This document shows positions 26,794-36,595 of a stretch of DNA of 64,000 nt, piece by piece. How positions within the stretch are numbered: position 1 is the first letter of the stretch; each line of letters opens with the position of its first letter. The position numbers and the translations under genes are program-made. The stretch is from an uncultured Candidatus Saccharibacteria bacterium (lineage in GTDB: Bacteria; Patescibacteriota; Dojkabacteria; J137): the NCBI GenBank assembly GCA_964607415.1, contig CAZSKK010000001.1, positions 492,939-556,938 on the forward strand. The letters run 5' to 3'. Under the pieces are notes generated by a model, which did no database searches, had not been told where the DNA came from, and worked only from the letters and a program-made list of their open reading frames with translations.

Positions 26794-27498
26794 TTAAGGT
26801 ATAACTTGTAGTAATAATTTAACCATTGCAAGAACTGATTCATCTATATTTACTAAAAGTTGATCATCTTTTCCAACTGTCAAATCAATCACATTGCCAT
26901 TAAAGTCACAGATTTCAACGTATTGAAGATTTTGATCATCTAAAACTTCTAGTTGAATTATAATTTGATCAAAAAGAACAAACAAAAATTTCTTCTTTGA
27001 ATCTGACTGTCTACACATTAAAAGCAGGTATTCAGTAAGTACTTTTTTAAAATCAATCTCTTTATTACCATCCATTGCTTCGTAATTACCAAAATCAATT
27101 GATTCGTATGTTTGAATTGTAAAGAATGTTTTAAGTGTAGATAGTTTTTGCCAAACTAATTCTTTAAAAATATCGTTTTTAAATTTTACTGGATCGATTT
27201 TTGCATCTTTTGCAAAAAGAACTTTAGTTTTTTCGTCTATAAATGCATATATAGATTTTTCGTTATTCTCTGTTACTTCTAAAAGTTGAATTTGAACAAT
27301 ACCACCCTGAAATTTAATAAAAATATATGTATTATTTTCTGAATCTTTTAAGCTAACTATTGAACCCAAAACCAAAACTTCTTGGTTATATTTATCCAAA
27401 AGTTCTGAAGTTATAGGCTTATCATCAAATGTTTTGTAAGTTTCTACCAAGTACTTTAAATTTTGTTGTGTAAAGAACGTTATTGGTTGTTGTGTCAT
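26794..27498 (-). CDS. Hypothetical protein in the giant-protein operon.
   Basis: 234 aa with no TM. Confidence 0.5.
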   Translation of the reverse strand: MTQQPITFFTQQNLKYLVETYKTFDDKPITSELLDKYNQEVLVLGSIVSLKDSENNTYIFIKFQGGIVQIQLLEVTENNEKSIYAFIDEKTKVLFAKDAKIDPVKFKNDIFKELVWQKLSTLKTFFTIQTYESIDFGNYEAMDGNKEIDFKKVLTEYLLLMCRQSDSKKKFLFVLFDQIIIQLEVLDDQNLQYVEICDFNGNVIDLTVGKDDQLLVNIDESVLAMVKLLLQVIP

Positions 27499-27508
27499 AG
27501 GTCTATAT

Positions 27509-28687
27509 TTAAATCATTAATATTCCTCGCATTATTGCTAAAGCCTGATCTTTATCTTCTCCAAATCTATTTCTTACACCTTCCACTTCATCATAGGTCT
27601 TTTCAAGCCAAGATTGTTGGTCTGTAGGGCCCATTTCGCTAAATGATCGATAATTACTTCCAGCCAATTCTAATAAGCTAGCTTTATTTCTAATTCTTTG
27701 CATAACTCCTCGATGAATTCTATTTCCATCCCTCTCATCTAAGCCTCCACCTGTTTGTGGACGCGCTCTCTCTCCATCAGCTGCTTGTTTTCTTGCTCTT
27801 AAATAATCCTGTTCAGCACCAGGTCCAAATACACTAACTTCTCTAGGTGGCACCGGGCCAGTTTCAGGATCACCAAGTTCAGGAATACCATAAGAGCGAT
27901 AGTCTGGTACCGTATGTATCTGGACGGTAGGATTATTTACAGCTGTTTCAGCTACTTGCGATGGCGGAGTATAATTACGAGTATTACCAGCTGCATCTGT
28001 ATATTGTGTAACAGTATACCCTGCTCTTCCTTCCAGTCCTGAATAAGGGCCGTAATAATCTCCGTCTGGACCTGTAGCATTTACATAAGTATCTGAGGAC
28101 AAAACTATACCAGGTAAAGTTTGATTTGACTGGTTAGTGTTTTCAGGTGTTTCAGCGTTAGCAGGACTCTCACCTTGCGAACTTAAATCGTTAGGCGGAG
28201 ATTCTTCTTCGATTAAATCAGGAGTTGGCATAAAATCACCTTTTTCTCCTTGTGGGTTTAGCTTATCTATTAGTGCCGGTTTTGAAGTATCCTCAATTAC
28301 AGTGGATGTTTTCTCCTCACTTTTAGTTCTTTTTGGGTGGTTTTCACTAATTTGTTTTTCAGCATCTTCCGGACTCACACCATGTTTTATAAGATCATTA
28401 AATTCTTCAAAAGCGGCTTGTCCGTAAGCTTGTCCTATTCTTTCAGCTGTATTGAAATATTCTGGTATTGCTGTCCCATTGGGTTGGCTGACATCTTCTC
28501 CAGGTTCTTCACTAGCTGATGCAGGTGGCTGCGATTGGGCAAATACTGCTTCTCCCTTACTAACATCACCAAACTCTGCACCTTCACTATTACGATTTGA
28601 TTTTAATGGTGGTGCAGGCGGTTCTTTATACCCAAGTACCGCTGGGAGACCTGCAGGTACAGGTTTAGGAATAAACTGTTCCGGCAA
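27509..28687 (-). CDS. Pro-rich hypothetical protein, most likely the frameshifted C-terminal continuation of the giant protein 28603..33546.
   Basis: The track start is TTG. The same frame stays open upstream to an in-frame TGA (plus strand tca at 28781-28783) and reads plausibly there (RKNCNIYDKVQQARAKRAFDDYDDALKNGTELPEQ). The giant ORF's last ~45 aa look like out-of-frame junk. Confidence 0.45.
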   Translation of the reverse strand: MPEQFIPKPVPAGLPAVLGYKEPPAPPLKSNRNSEGAEFGDVSKGEAVFAQSQPPASASEEPGEDVSQPNGTAIPEYFNTAERIGQAYGQAAFEEFNDLIKHGVSPEDAEKQISENHPKRTKSEEKTSTVIEDTSKPALIDKLNPQGEKGDFMPTPDLIEEESPPNDLSSQGESPANAETPENTNQSNQTLPGIVLSSDTYVNATGPDGDYYGPYSGLEGRAGYTVTQYTDAAGNTRNYTPPSQVAETAVNNPTVQIHTVPDYRSYGIPELGDPETGPVPPREVSVFGPGAEQDYLRARKQAADGERARPQTGGGLDERDGNRIHRGVMQRIRNKASLLELAGSNYRSFSEMGPTDQQSWLEKTYDEVEGVRNRFGEDKDQALAIMRGILMI

Positions 28688-31600
28688 TTCAGTACCATTC
28701 TTAAGTGCATCATCGTAATCATCAAAAGCCCGCTTTGCTCTTGCTTGCTGAACCTTATCATATATGTTACAGTTCTTCCTTCACCACTTATACTGGCAGG
28801 AGTTTGTCTTGCAGTTTGTGGCGGTAGTGCTTGCAGGTCAGCCACTGGAGGTGGAACTAGTTGGTTAATTATATTAGATGGGTTATTTACAATATTTATA
28901 GCCCTATCAAGTATTTGATTAATTTTTTCTGAATCTGTTGTAGGTATAATGTCAAAATCTCCATTATTGTATTCTATTTGAACAAAATCCTTGTCTCTTT
29001 TTACACTAGTAGGTAATTTAGGTTGGCCAATTATATTTTGTGGTGGCTGATCTGCTGTTCGTTTCACAGGTTTATAAGCAACGCCATTTCCCGTTACACG
29101 ATAAGCTCCATCAGGTATACGCTGACCAGCTTCAAGCATATAAATTTTTCTTACCTCTCCAGGGTATTGATAAAATATTTGCTCACCATTTTCATCATAA
29201 GCATCTTGTCTTAATGGAGGCCTAACTTTGTCATCACCTGCTCCCATTCCACCCCCTACTGGATGCGCTCCATCAGGTAAGGGATTATTGCTATTCCACA
29301 AAGTTTGTTGGCCATTAGGATATTGAATTGTAATGTACGGAGCTCCTTGTTCAACTGTAAAATTACTTGGTCCTTGTGTCTGTCTCAATGGTGGATTACC
29401 TACTGTTGCCTGATTGCCTGCTGTAGTCTGTGGAGGTACATACTGTCCACCAGGCGCAGGAACTTGATTAACTCCTGGTGGGAGTGGAATATTAGCAGGC
29501 CATGGTGCAACAGGACCTCCTGGCGCCTGATAGTAAATATAAGGTACAGGATTATTTGGCATTGCCTGAGGCGGAATACCAGTTGCCGGTTGTCCTCCTG
29601 GAGCTTGTGCTCCAGCTAATGGCTGTGGATTAAGATTTGCCTGACCATATAACGGCTGTAAAGCATTTACTAAATTAATTGCAGCATTTGGATCAGGAGC
29701 CTGAATTAACAATCCTCCACCAGGTGTAATTTGTACAACTACCCCTTGTGCAGGTGCAGGATTAGCTGCTGGATTTCCTGCCGCTACTCCGCCCCCAGCT
29801 CCTGGTTGTTGCTGTGCAATAATATTCAACATCTGCTGCATAATACCAGCCATTCCATTCATTGCGTCTGCAATTGGTGTTAAATCAACATTATTTGTTA
29901 TCTGGAAAGCTCCAGGCTGAATATTCATTTCATTATTAAAAGAATCAGTATTAGTATTATTACCGAAATTACTCATTGGCTGTGGTGGAACCACAACTGG
30001 TGCTGCCGCATTTCCTAAGCCACCCCCACCTGCTGCATTTGCATTAGCTGGTGGTTGTTGAGGAGGCTGTTGTTGCTGTTGCAGATTTTGCGGCGGAATA
30101 TTAGGTGGATTATTATTGCCTCGACCTCTACCAGTCCTGAAAATAGTTCTAGTTGCCAATGCCCCTAAAGCTCCTAAACCAATCAATGATAAACCTAGCA
30201 CGGCTGCTGCTTTAGTCAAATCTACATCACGCATTCTCTTCAAAAAATCATTTTCAGTAATCTCAACTAAAGCACCACCTTGATTATCAAAATACATTCC
30301 ATTAACCATTACAAGCTCCCCATCTTTAAATGCTCTAGACATGTATATTCCATTATTAGGATCTAATGGAACTCCATTTCCTCCGTAAATAATAGCTCCA
30401 TTTACACCGTCGTCAGAGTTTTCAGCCCAGTATAAAACTTGATCTCCATAGTTAACTTGTTGCCAATTTGTTTCATAGCCGGAAGCTTGAAGAGCCGCAA
30501 TAATTGCTGGATCATTGTGATGATCCCAAGGCATTATTGTTACAGTTATAGGCGCTCCACCAACTACCGGTGTATATGTAACTTCTACTGCTGGCATAAT
30601 TGGTGTACCTCCAGCTCCTATCAATCCTCCACCTGGTGTTATTACTCCTGCTCCCGCCGCTGGAACTCCAGGTAGTGCACCTGGTCCAACTACTCCTGGT
30701 GTTGCTGTAGCTGCATTTAATTTACCAACAGCTCCATCCCAAAAAGGATCCACATTTGTAGTTCCTGGATAATAATTTATAGCCATTGGACCTTCAGTGC
30801 CTGTGATTACACCGGTTTTGAAATCATTAACTAATGTATCTAATTTTGTTGTATCTGGAATAGCGCTCGTTCCTACACCACCTGTAAAATACTTCCCTGC
30901 ATTTACATCTGCATAAGTAGGACCAGCGGGATCTTGCCCTTGAACTATTCTCCTTGCTATATCTAGAGCTATTGCTTCCTTATCCGTTGGAGTCATCGAT
31001 GCGAACGCTGCTGAATCAAGCCCATAATCTTCAGGTCTAACTCCACCGTTCAAATCCGCTAGTACGTGTTGTGCAATAAAAACAGCTGTTTGGCGTTCAT
31101 TTTCAAAACTAGATCCTGCACCGGTAATCCAACTTACAACTGCTGGGCTTGTAGTACCATATCCACTACTTACTACTCCCGGTGCTGCTGCACCTGGGGC
31201 AGCTGGTGCTCCTACTGCTGGTCCGCCTACAAATCCTGGTGGCAAAGCACCTGCACTTGTTGGAGGCATCGTTATTGGTAGCCCAGCTGTACTAATTCCT
31301 CCTGGAGGAGCTAATACTAAACCTGAGGGTAATCCTGTAGGAAGTGGCATTCCTGCTGGACCGTAGTTTGGTATAGATCCATCAGCTGAATAAATCAAAT
31401 TTCCTACTATTGGTGTTCCTGCTACTGGCGCCGGGGCACCTGCGGGGATGCTTATATCAATAATGTACTGTACTTGCAATACGTCGTTGGCACCTGGCCC
31501 ATTTCTAAAAACTATATATTCTAAACCGGGGTCTGTGTCCATATTAGCCGCGAAAACCTGGTCGCCTCCGGGGATTACACCCAAACCTTCATGCCTCAAA

Positions 31601-33546
31601 GGTCCAAACCCTGCGGCAATAACTCCTCCTCCGGCTCCTTGAAGAGGTATCAATTGAGGACTTGGAGAGCGTTGATCTATAAATCCTAAAATGTGCCCAT
31701 CCCCATCCATAACTATTTCCATTGGAACATTTTGACCATCCGCAAAAACATTTATGTCTCCAAAGTGGGAGCCTTCCCTCACAACTTCCATTGGCGCTAT
31801 ACCATTATTAATTATCAAGTGCTCTTCAATTACGCCAGATCTTACATGTCCTCTCGGTATGCCCCACTTTAAAGGATCGTCAATTGGAACTGGGCCTCTT
31901 GGTGGTCCCTTTTCGAAAGGTTTTAAGTTTTCTAACTTTTCATCAAGTAAGTTTCCCTTCTCTCCTATTTCAACAGGGCTCTTAGTTGTTTCCTCAAAAC
32001 CCATAAATTCACCTGCTTTACCTCCTTTCCCTGGAGTTGGTAAACCAGGTCTACCTTTCGCTTGTGGTAAAAATTGTTCAAGTTGGTTTGGTTCATTATT
32101 ACTTCCCAAAGTAGTCTCAAGATTTTGCCTTACACCTCTAATTGAAAATTTGTCAAGAAAATCGTTTCCAACTAATTGAAATTGAACCAATAATGCCAAC
32201 GATCTCATTGCAGAAACATTTCTAGAAAAGTCTTTTTGAATATTTTCTATTTCTTTATTTTCATACCCTAATGCCTTTAGCCCTCTTGCGCCAACCATTC
32301 TAAACATTAAAACAGGTGCAAATGTTGATAAACTTCTTCTAACTGTCCAAGCCATTGCTCTATCTGCCATTCGAGATTTCATTACATCCAAGCCAAGCTT
32401 ATTTGCAAGGCTACCAGCTAAAATTCCACTCCCTTCACTAAAATATGTTCCTGGGAATAATAAAAATGCTGTAGCGGGCAAACTTAATACTGTAGAAGTA
32501 AAAAACTCTTTAAATGACCTATTACCATCTATTGCCCATTCCTTAACTCCTCCCAGCAAACGTTGAATTGGTAATCTTCCCCAATTTAACATTCTAGATA
32601 AATCTACAAATGCATTTTGTCCTGCAAGCTCCATTCCTTTTTGCGCACCTTTTTCCATAAACTTTGACATTTGAATTCCACCTCCGATCATTGCTGCGGC
32701 AGTTAACCCCAGCTCAATACCTTCACCAAGTGTTCTAATAGCATTCCTAGGAGACAAAACAATATTTTTAAATGTGCCAGCTAATCCCTCTCCTAAACCG
32801 GTGCTCTTTAGTATTTGTTTTCTTACAAGCTCAGATTCATCATTATCAATATTTAAATCTATTGCTTGCTTTTCTTTATTAAGTCTAATTTTAACTATAC
32901 CTTGTTCATTATTATCTTCTCTTTCAATATTAAGTTTTTCTCCCCATTTATAGTTTCCTTTTGTATATAAACCCATATATTTACGAATTCCAAGAATATC
33001 TTTAGTTGGATCTTCGTAAATACCAAAGTTCTCCATAAACTGCTTTTGCCTATTTAAAGCATTTATTAATGGAATGTTTTTTTGAATATTTCTGGGAAGT
33101 GATTCTATAGCTCTTCTAAAGCCACTCTTAGTCTGTTCTTCCTTTTCAAATTCATCCGCTAAAATTTCTGCAGCCACCCTCTCTTTAGTTTTTTCAGAAT
33201 CTTCAATTGTATATTCCTGGTATTCTAACTCCTTTGCATAATCACCGTTTCTTCTTCTGGTTAAAGCCAATTTGTCACCTTTTTTCAACAGCACAAAGTT
33301 TTGATCCTTTGCTTTTTTAACTAAAGCATCTACTTCTTCAGCAGTAAGATCGCCTATTTCAACTACTTTATTTTCTTTTTTTGCGAATCTATTTTTGGGA
33401 AGAATATCAGATACTTCTAAAAGTATCTGCCCTGCTTTTTGCTCAGAAGTTAGCATTGCCTCATTTTCCGGGGAGATTCCAGTATCAAGATTATCTGTAA
33501 TATCTATTGCTCCAGAAATTATTTGGTTTGGATCAGCATTACTCAT
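28603..33546 (-). CDS. Giant (1647 aa) surface or membrane-associated protein. It has a ~350-aa N-terminal domain, Gly-rich hydrophobic helices, a central globular region, one TM-like segment and a long Pro/Gln/Ala/Gly low-complexity tail.
   Basis: A single long ORF. Hydrophobic segments include GIELGLTAAAMIGGGIQM, FTSTVLSLPATAFLLFPGTYF and LGLSLIGLGALGALA. The DNA is locally GC-enriched from Pro/Gly/Ala codons. Overlaps the upstream gene by 8 nt. Confidence 0.6.
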   Translation of the reverse strand: MSNADPNQIISGAIDITDNLDTGISPENEAMLTSEQKAGQILLEVSDILPKNRFAKKENKVVEIGDLTAEEVDALVKKAKDQNFVLLKKGDKLALTRRRNGDYAKELEYQEYTIEDSEKTKERVAAEILADEFEKEEQTKSGFRRAIESLPRNIQKNIPLINALNRQKQFMENFGIYEDPTKDILGIRKYMGLYTKGNYKWGEKLNIEREDNNEQGIVKIRLNKEKQAIDLNIDNDESELVRKQILKSTGLGEGLAGTFKNIVLSPRNAIRTLGEGIELGLTAAAMIGGGIQMSKFMEKGAQKGMELAGQNAFVDLSRMLNWGRLPIQRLLGGVKEWAIDGNRSFKEFFTSTVLSLPATAFLLFPGTYFSEGSGILAGSLANKLGLDVMKSRMADRAMAWTVRRSLSTFAPVLMFRMVGARGLKALGYENKEIENIQKDFSRNVSAMRSLALLVQFQLVGNDFLDKFSIRGVRQNLETTLGSNNEPNQLEQFLPQAKGRPGLPTPGKGGKAGEFMGFEETTKSPVEIGEKGNLLDEKLENLKPFEKGPPRGPVPIDDPLKWGIPRGHVRSGVIEEHLIINNGIAPMEVVREGSHFGDINVFADGQNVPMEIVMDGDGHILGFIDQRSPSPQLIPLQGAGGGVIAAGFGPLRHEGLGVIPGGDQVFAANMDTDPGLEYIVFRNGPGANDVLQVQYIIDISIPAGAPAPVAGTPIVGNLIYSADGSIPNYGPAGMPLPTGLPSGLVLAPPGGISTAGLPITMPPTSAGALPPGFVGGPAVGAPAAPGAAAPGVVSSGYGTTSPAVVSWITGAGSSFENERQTAVFIAQHVLADLNGGVRPEDYGLDSAAFASMTPTDKEAIALDIARRIVQGQDPAGPTYADVNAGKYFTGGVGTSAIPDTTKLDTLVNDFKTGVITGTEGPMAINYYPGTTNVDPFWDGAVGKLNAATATPGVVGPGALPGVPAAGAGVITPGGGLIGAGGTPIMPAVEVTYTPVVGGAPITVTIMPWDHHNDPAIIAALQASGYETNWQQVNYGDQVLYWAENSDDGVNGAIIYGGNGVPLDPNNGIYMSRAFKDGELVMVNGMYFDNQGGALVEITENDFLKRMRDVDLTKAAAVLGLSLIGLGALGALATRTIFRTGRGRGNNNPPNIPPQNLQQQQQPPQQPPANANAAGGGGLGNAAAPVVVPPQPMSNFGNNTNTDSFNNEMNIQPGAFQITNNVDLTPIADAMNGMAGIMQQMLNIIAQQQPGAGGGVAAGNPAANPAPAQGVVVQITPGGGLLIQAPDPNAAINLVNALQPLYGQANLNPQPLAGAQAPGGQPATGIPPQAMPNNPVPYIYYQAPGGPVAPWPANIPLPPGVNQVPAPGGQYVPPQTTAGNQATVGNPPLRQTQGPSNFTVEQGAPYITIQYPNGQQTLWNSNNPLPDGAHPVGGGMGAGDDKVRPPLRQDAYDENGEQIFYQYPGEVRKIYMLEAGQRIPDGAYRVTGNGVAYKPVKRTADQPPQNIIGQPKLPTSVKRDKDFVQIEYNNGDFDIIPTTDSEKINQILDRAINIVNNPSNIINQLVPPPVADLQALPPQTARQTPASISGEGRTVTYMIRFSKQEQSGLLMITMMHLRMVLNCRNSLFLNLYLQVSQRYLGIKNRLHHH

Positions 33547-34027
33547 TCGATTTAGAACTTATTTGAATTTTATCTTCAATTTCTTTTTTTATTCTTTCTA
33601 AATATAAGCTTTCCAACTCATTCATATATTCGTTAAATTCTTTAACAAAATCTTCTTCCGGTTCATCTTTAAGTTTATCAACAATATGAGCCACAGTTTT
33701 ATAATGGCTCTCAATTGATTCAACCAAGCTGTCGAGAAAATCCGCAACAAGTTGATCAACATCTTTACTAGTTTTTTTATTAAAACAAAATGCAACATAT
33801 TGTTCAGTTTCAAAAGCATCGTATTCCCTAGCTTCTGACACCTCCTTCATAGCCTTCAGTTCTTCATTAGTAAAACCTGTTTCGTATAAATTTTCAATAA
33901 ATCTAGAAATAGTAGGCTCCAAAAACATAGCGAAATCTTCGATCTGCTTGCTATTATAGCCCATATCTTTCAAATGCTGCAAAAATCTTTCAGGTTTGGA
34001 CATATATAATGAAAATATCAACAGCAC
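33539..34027 (-). CDS. Acidic hypothetical protein, the first gene of the giant-protein operon.
   Basis: 162 aa, rich in Glu/Asp/Lys, helical. Confidence 0.5.
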   Translation of the reverse strand: MLLIFSLYMSKPERFLQHLKDMGYNSKQIEDFAMFLEPTISRFIENLYETGFTNEELKAMKEVSEAREYDAFETEQYVAFCFNKKTSKDVDQLVADFLDSLVESIESHYKTVAHIVDKLKDEPEEDFVKEFNEYMNELESLYLERIKKEIEDKIQISSKSNE

Positions 34028-34102
34028 GTAATATAAAAACGTAAATCTACGTCTTAGTACCAGTGTATAACTTTTTCAAAATGGCTGCAAATGGGAAAAG
34101 AA

Positions 34103-34176
34103 TCAGTTACGAATTACGATTTAGAAATTACGAGAAACAGAATCAATTACTAATTACGAGATCTGAATTACGAGAA
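34103..34176 (+). repeat. Array of AATTACGA(G/T) repeats (about 5 units, plus strand) immediately upstream of the four-helix-bundle gene.
   Basis: cagttacgaattacgatttagaaattacgagaaacagaatcaattactaattacgagatctgaattacgagaaag. Confidence 0.6.
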
Positions 34177-34316
34177 AGTATATTCTGAGAATTATAAGCT
34201 AGAAATTAAAAGTCGCTTTCAAAAAATTTACATAATGCTCTTGTATTTCGTAATTTATCTTCTCGTAGTCATTTATCTATGTTATTATTTATTGCCCCAC
34301 GAAAATTCCAGCAATT

Positions 34317-34679
34317 ATGAAATACAATATCCTTCAGGAAAAATCATTAGCTTTTTCTATTGAAATAATATCTTTTTGCAAGCTATTAAGAAATAATAAA
34401 GAATTTGTTCTTGCTGATCAACTATTAAGAAGCGGAACTTCTATTGGTGCCAATGTAGAAGAAAGCATAGGAGCAGCTTCTACAAAAGACTTCTTATCTA
34501 AATTGACTATCGCATATAAAGAAGCACGTGAATCCAAATACTGGTTAACACTTATAGATAAATCTTTTCCAGAATGCGCAGATCAAGTGCTACAGCTATT
34601 AAATGCTAATGAAGAGCTTCTTAAAATAATTGGAACGATCCAAATAAAAACTAAATCAAGAATTAGACCTCGAGATTAA
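34317..34679 (+). CDS. Four-helix-bundle protein (23S rRNA intervening-sequence protein family).
   Basis: LLRSGTSIGANVEESIGAASTKDFLSKLTIAYKEARESKYWLTLI matches the family signature. Confidence 0.75.
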   Translation: MKYNILQEKSLAFSIEIISFCKLLRNNKEFVLADQLLRSGTSIGANVEESIGAASTKDFLSKLTIAYKEARESKYWLTLIDKSFPECADQVLQLLNANEELLKIIGTIQIKTKSRIRPRD

Positions 34680-34689
34680 TACCTAAACA

Positions 34690-34842
34690 TATCTCGTAAT
34701 TCATAATTGTTAACTGCAAATCTACTCTCGTAATTCGTACTTCGTACCTGACAACCTCCCCTCGTAATTCTTATTTCGTAACTGGCAATCTCCCCTCGTA
34801 ATTCGTACTTCGTAACTCGTAATTGCACATGCTATACTTTTA
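34690..34842 (-). repeat. Array of CTCGTAATTC repeats (the reverse complement of GAATTACGAG; about 6 units) immediately downstream of the four-helix-bundle gene.
   Basis: atctcgtaattcat...ctctcgtaattcgtacttcgtacc...cccctcgtaattcttatttcgtaactgg...cccctcgtaattcgtacttcgtaactcgtaattgc. Confidence 0.6.
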
Positions 34843-34844
34843 CC

Positions 34845-36200
34845 ATGACTTTAGACGACGCAAAACAGATCCTAAACAAAAAGGGCTTAAGCCGCGAAAC
34901 AGTGGAAGCTATTTCTGTTTTTAAAAACGAGCCAGTTTGGATGAAAGAACTACGACTTAAAGCTTTTGATCACTATTCCGAAAGACCAGTTCCAACATGG
35001 GGTGCAAATCTTTCTGCTTTTGATGATTCACAAATCCAGTTTTATGTAACCCCAGAATCTAAAAAAACTAGAAGCTGGGATGAAGTTCCAGAAGACATGA
35101 GAAACACATTTGACAGGCTTAAAATTCCTGAAGCAGAGAAAAAATACCTGGCCGGAGTTGAAACACAATTCGATTCAAACGTTGTTTACGGAAGAATGAA
35201 GGAAAAGTGGGAAAGTAAAGGCGTCATTTTTACAGATTCAGACACAGGATTGCGCGAACATGAAGAGATTTTTAAAAAATGGTTCGGCAAAGCAATTCCA
35301 TATACTGATAATAAATACGCAGCACTTAATACAGCATGTTGGAGTGGCGGTAGCTTTGTTTACGTTCCAAAGGGAGTTAAAGTTGAAATCCCTCTTCAAG
35401 CTTACTTTTATATTCAAACTCAAAATCTTGGTCAGTTTGAACGAACTTTAATAATTGCAGATGAAGGTGCTGAAGTTCAATATGTTGAAGGCTGCAGCGC
35501 TCCAACTTATTCATCAGACATTCTTCACTCAGGAGTAATTGAATTGATTGCACAAAAAAATGGAAGGATTAGGTACACAACAATTCAAAACTGGTCCAAG
35601 AATGTTTACAACCTGGTAACTCAAAGAGGCCTTGCATATGATGACGCAACGATAGAATGGGTTGATTGCAATTTAGGATCACAAGTTACTATGAAATATC
35701 CTTCAGTGATTTTGGCTGGTGCCAGAGCACATGGTGAGGTTTTATCTATAGCACTTGCAGATGGTAAACAACATTTGGACACTGGAGCCAAAATGATTCA
35801 TATTGGTAGAGACACAAGTGGGATAATTACAACAAAATCTATTTGCAAAAATGGTGGTAGAACTAGTTATAGAGGGCTTGTTAAAGTTGCAAAAAACGCA
35901 AAAAATGCGAAGACAAAAATCAAATGTGATGCCTTAATTTTAGATAATATTTCTCAAACAGATACTTACCCATATAACGAAATCTACGAAAGATCATCCC
36001 GAATAGAACACGAAGCAACTGTAAGTAAAGTTTCTGATAATCAGCTTCATTACTTAATGAGTAGGGGTTTATCGGAAGAGGAAGCCGCAGGATTAATAGT
36101 TTCAGGGTTTGTAGAACCAATTGCAAAAGAACTTCCAATGGAATACGCAATGGAGATGAACGAGCTGATTAAACTTAGCATGGAAGGAAGTGTGGGGTAA
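34845..36200 (+). CDS. sufB: Fe-S cluster assembly protein SufB.
   Basis: FVYVPKGVKVEIPLQAYF...GAEVQYVEGCSAP...NWSKNVYNLVTQRG...RTSYRGLVKV...GFVEPIAKELPMEYAMEMNELI is characteristic of SufB. Confidence 0.8.
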   Translation: MTLDDAKQILNKKGLSRETVEAISVFKNEPVWMKELRLKAFDHYSERPVPTWGANLSAFDDSQIQFYVTPESKKTRSWDEVPEDMRNTFDRLKIPEAEKKYLAGVETQFDSNVVYGRMKEKWESKGVIFTDSDTGLREHEEIFKKWFGKAIPYTDNKYAALNTACWSGGSFVYVPKGVKVEIPLQAYFYIQTQNLGQFERTLIIADEGAEVQYVEGCSAPTYSSDILHSGVIELIAQKNGRIRYTTIQNWSKNVYNLVTQRGLAYDDATIEWVDCNLGSQVTMKYPSVILAGARAHGEVLSIALADGKQHLDTGAKMIHIGRDTSGIITTKSICKNGGRTSYRGLVKVAKNAKNAKTKIKCDALILDNISQTDTYPYNEIYERSSRIEHEATVSKVSDNQLHYLMSRGLSEEEAAGLIVSGFVEPIAKELPMEYAMEMNELIKLSMEGSVG

Positions 36201-36310
36201 ACTTCGTTCCTACCATTTATTCTCCATTTTCATCTTACTAACCAAATCCTCCCGCTTTTTGTCAGAAATTTGTATTGCAATACAATGCGGCCATAAAGTA
36301 ATTTTGGTAG

Positions 36311-36562
36311 ACTTACCAGATGATTCGATGTGGAAGGTCTATTACAGCTAATATCGCTGAAGCTTATGGGCGTTTCGGATTTAAAGACAGCAGAAGAATA
36401 TACATATTTGCTCGAGGATCCATGTTTGAGCTTAAAGATCATCTGAACGTAGCAATCGAAAACGAGTTTATTTCTCTAACCGAATTTAATGAATCAATAA
36501 CGATATTAATTAGGAAATTGAATGCTTATTTAAAATATCTTGGAAGAAAATCCTTTGACTAA
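36311..36562 (+). pseudogene. N-terminally truncated fragment of a second four-helix-bundle protein gene.
   Basis: TYQMIRCGRSITANIAEAYGR...IFARGSMFELKDHLNVA matches the C-terminal two thirds of the family. In-frame TAA and TAG stops at 36299-36310 close the frame upstream, so the N-terminal helix is missing. Confidence 0.55.
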
Positions 36563-36595
36563 TTAACTTTTTCACAAATTAACTAGTTAACGTTT

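Noticed and set aside
27509-28687. Treating 27509..28687 as an independent gene with a TTG start
   Set aside because: Not fully rejected, but less likely than a frameshifted continuation of the giant ORF: the frame is open and protein-like for ~95 nt upstream of the TTG, and the giant ORF's terminal 45 aa look non-coding.
36230-36442. Minus-strand ORF 36230..36442
   Set aside because: It overlaps the plus-strand four-helix-bundle pseudogene fragment, whose translation matches a known family, and has no motif of its own.
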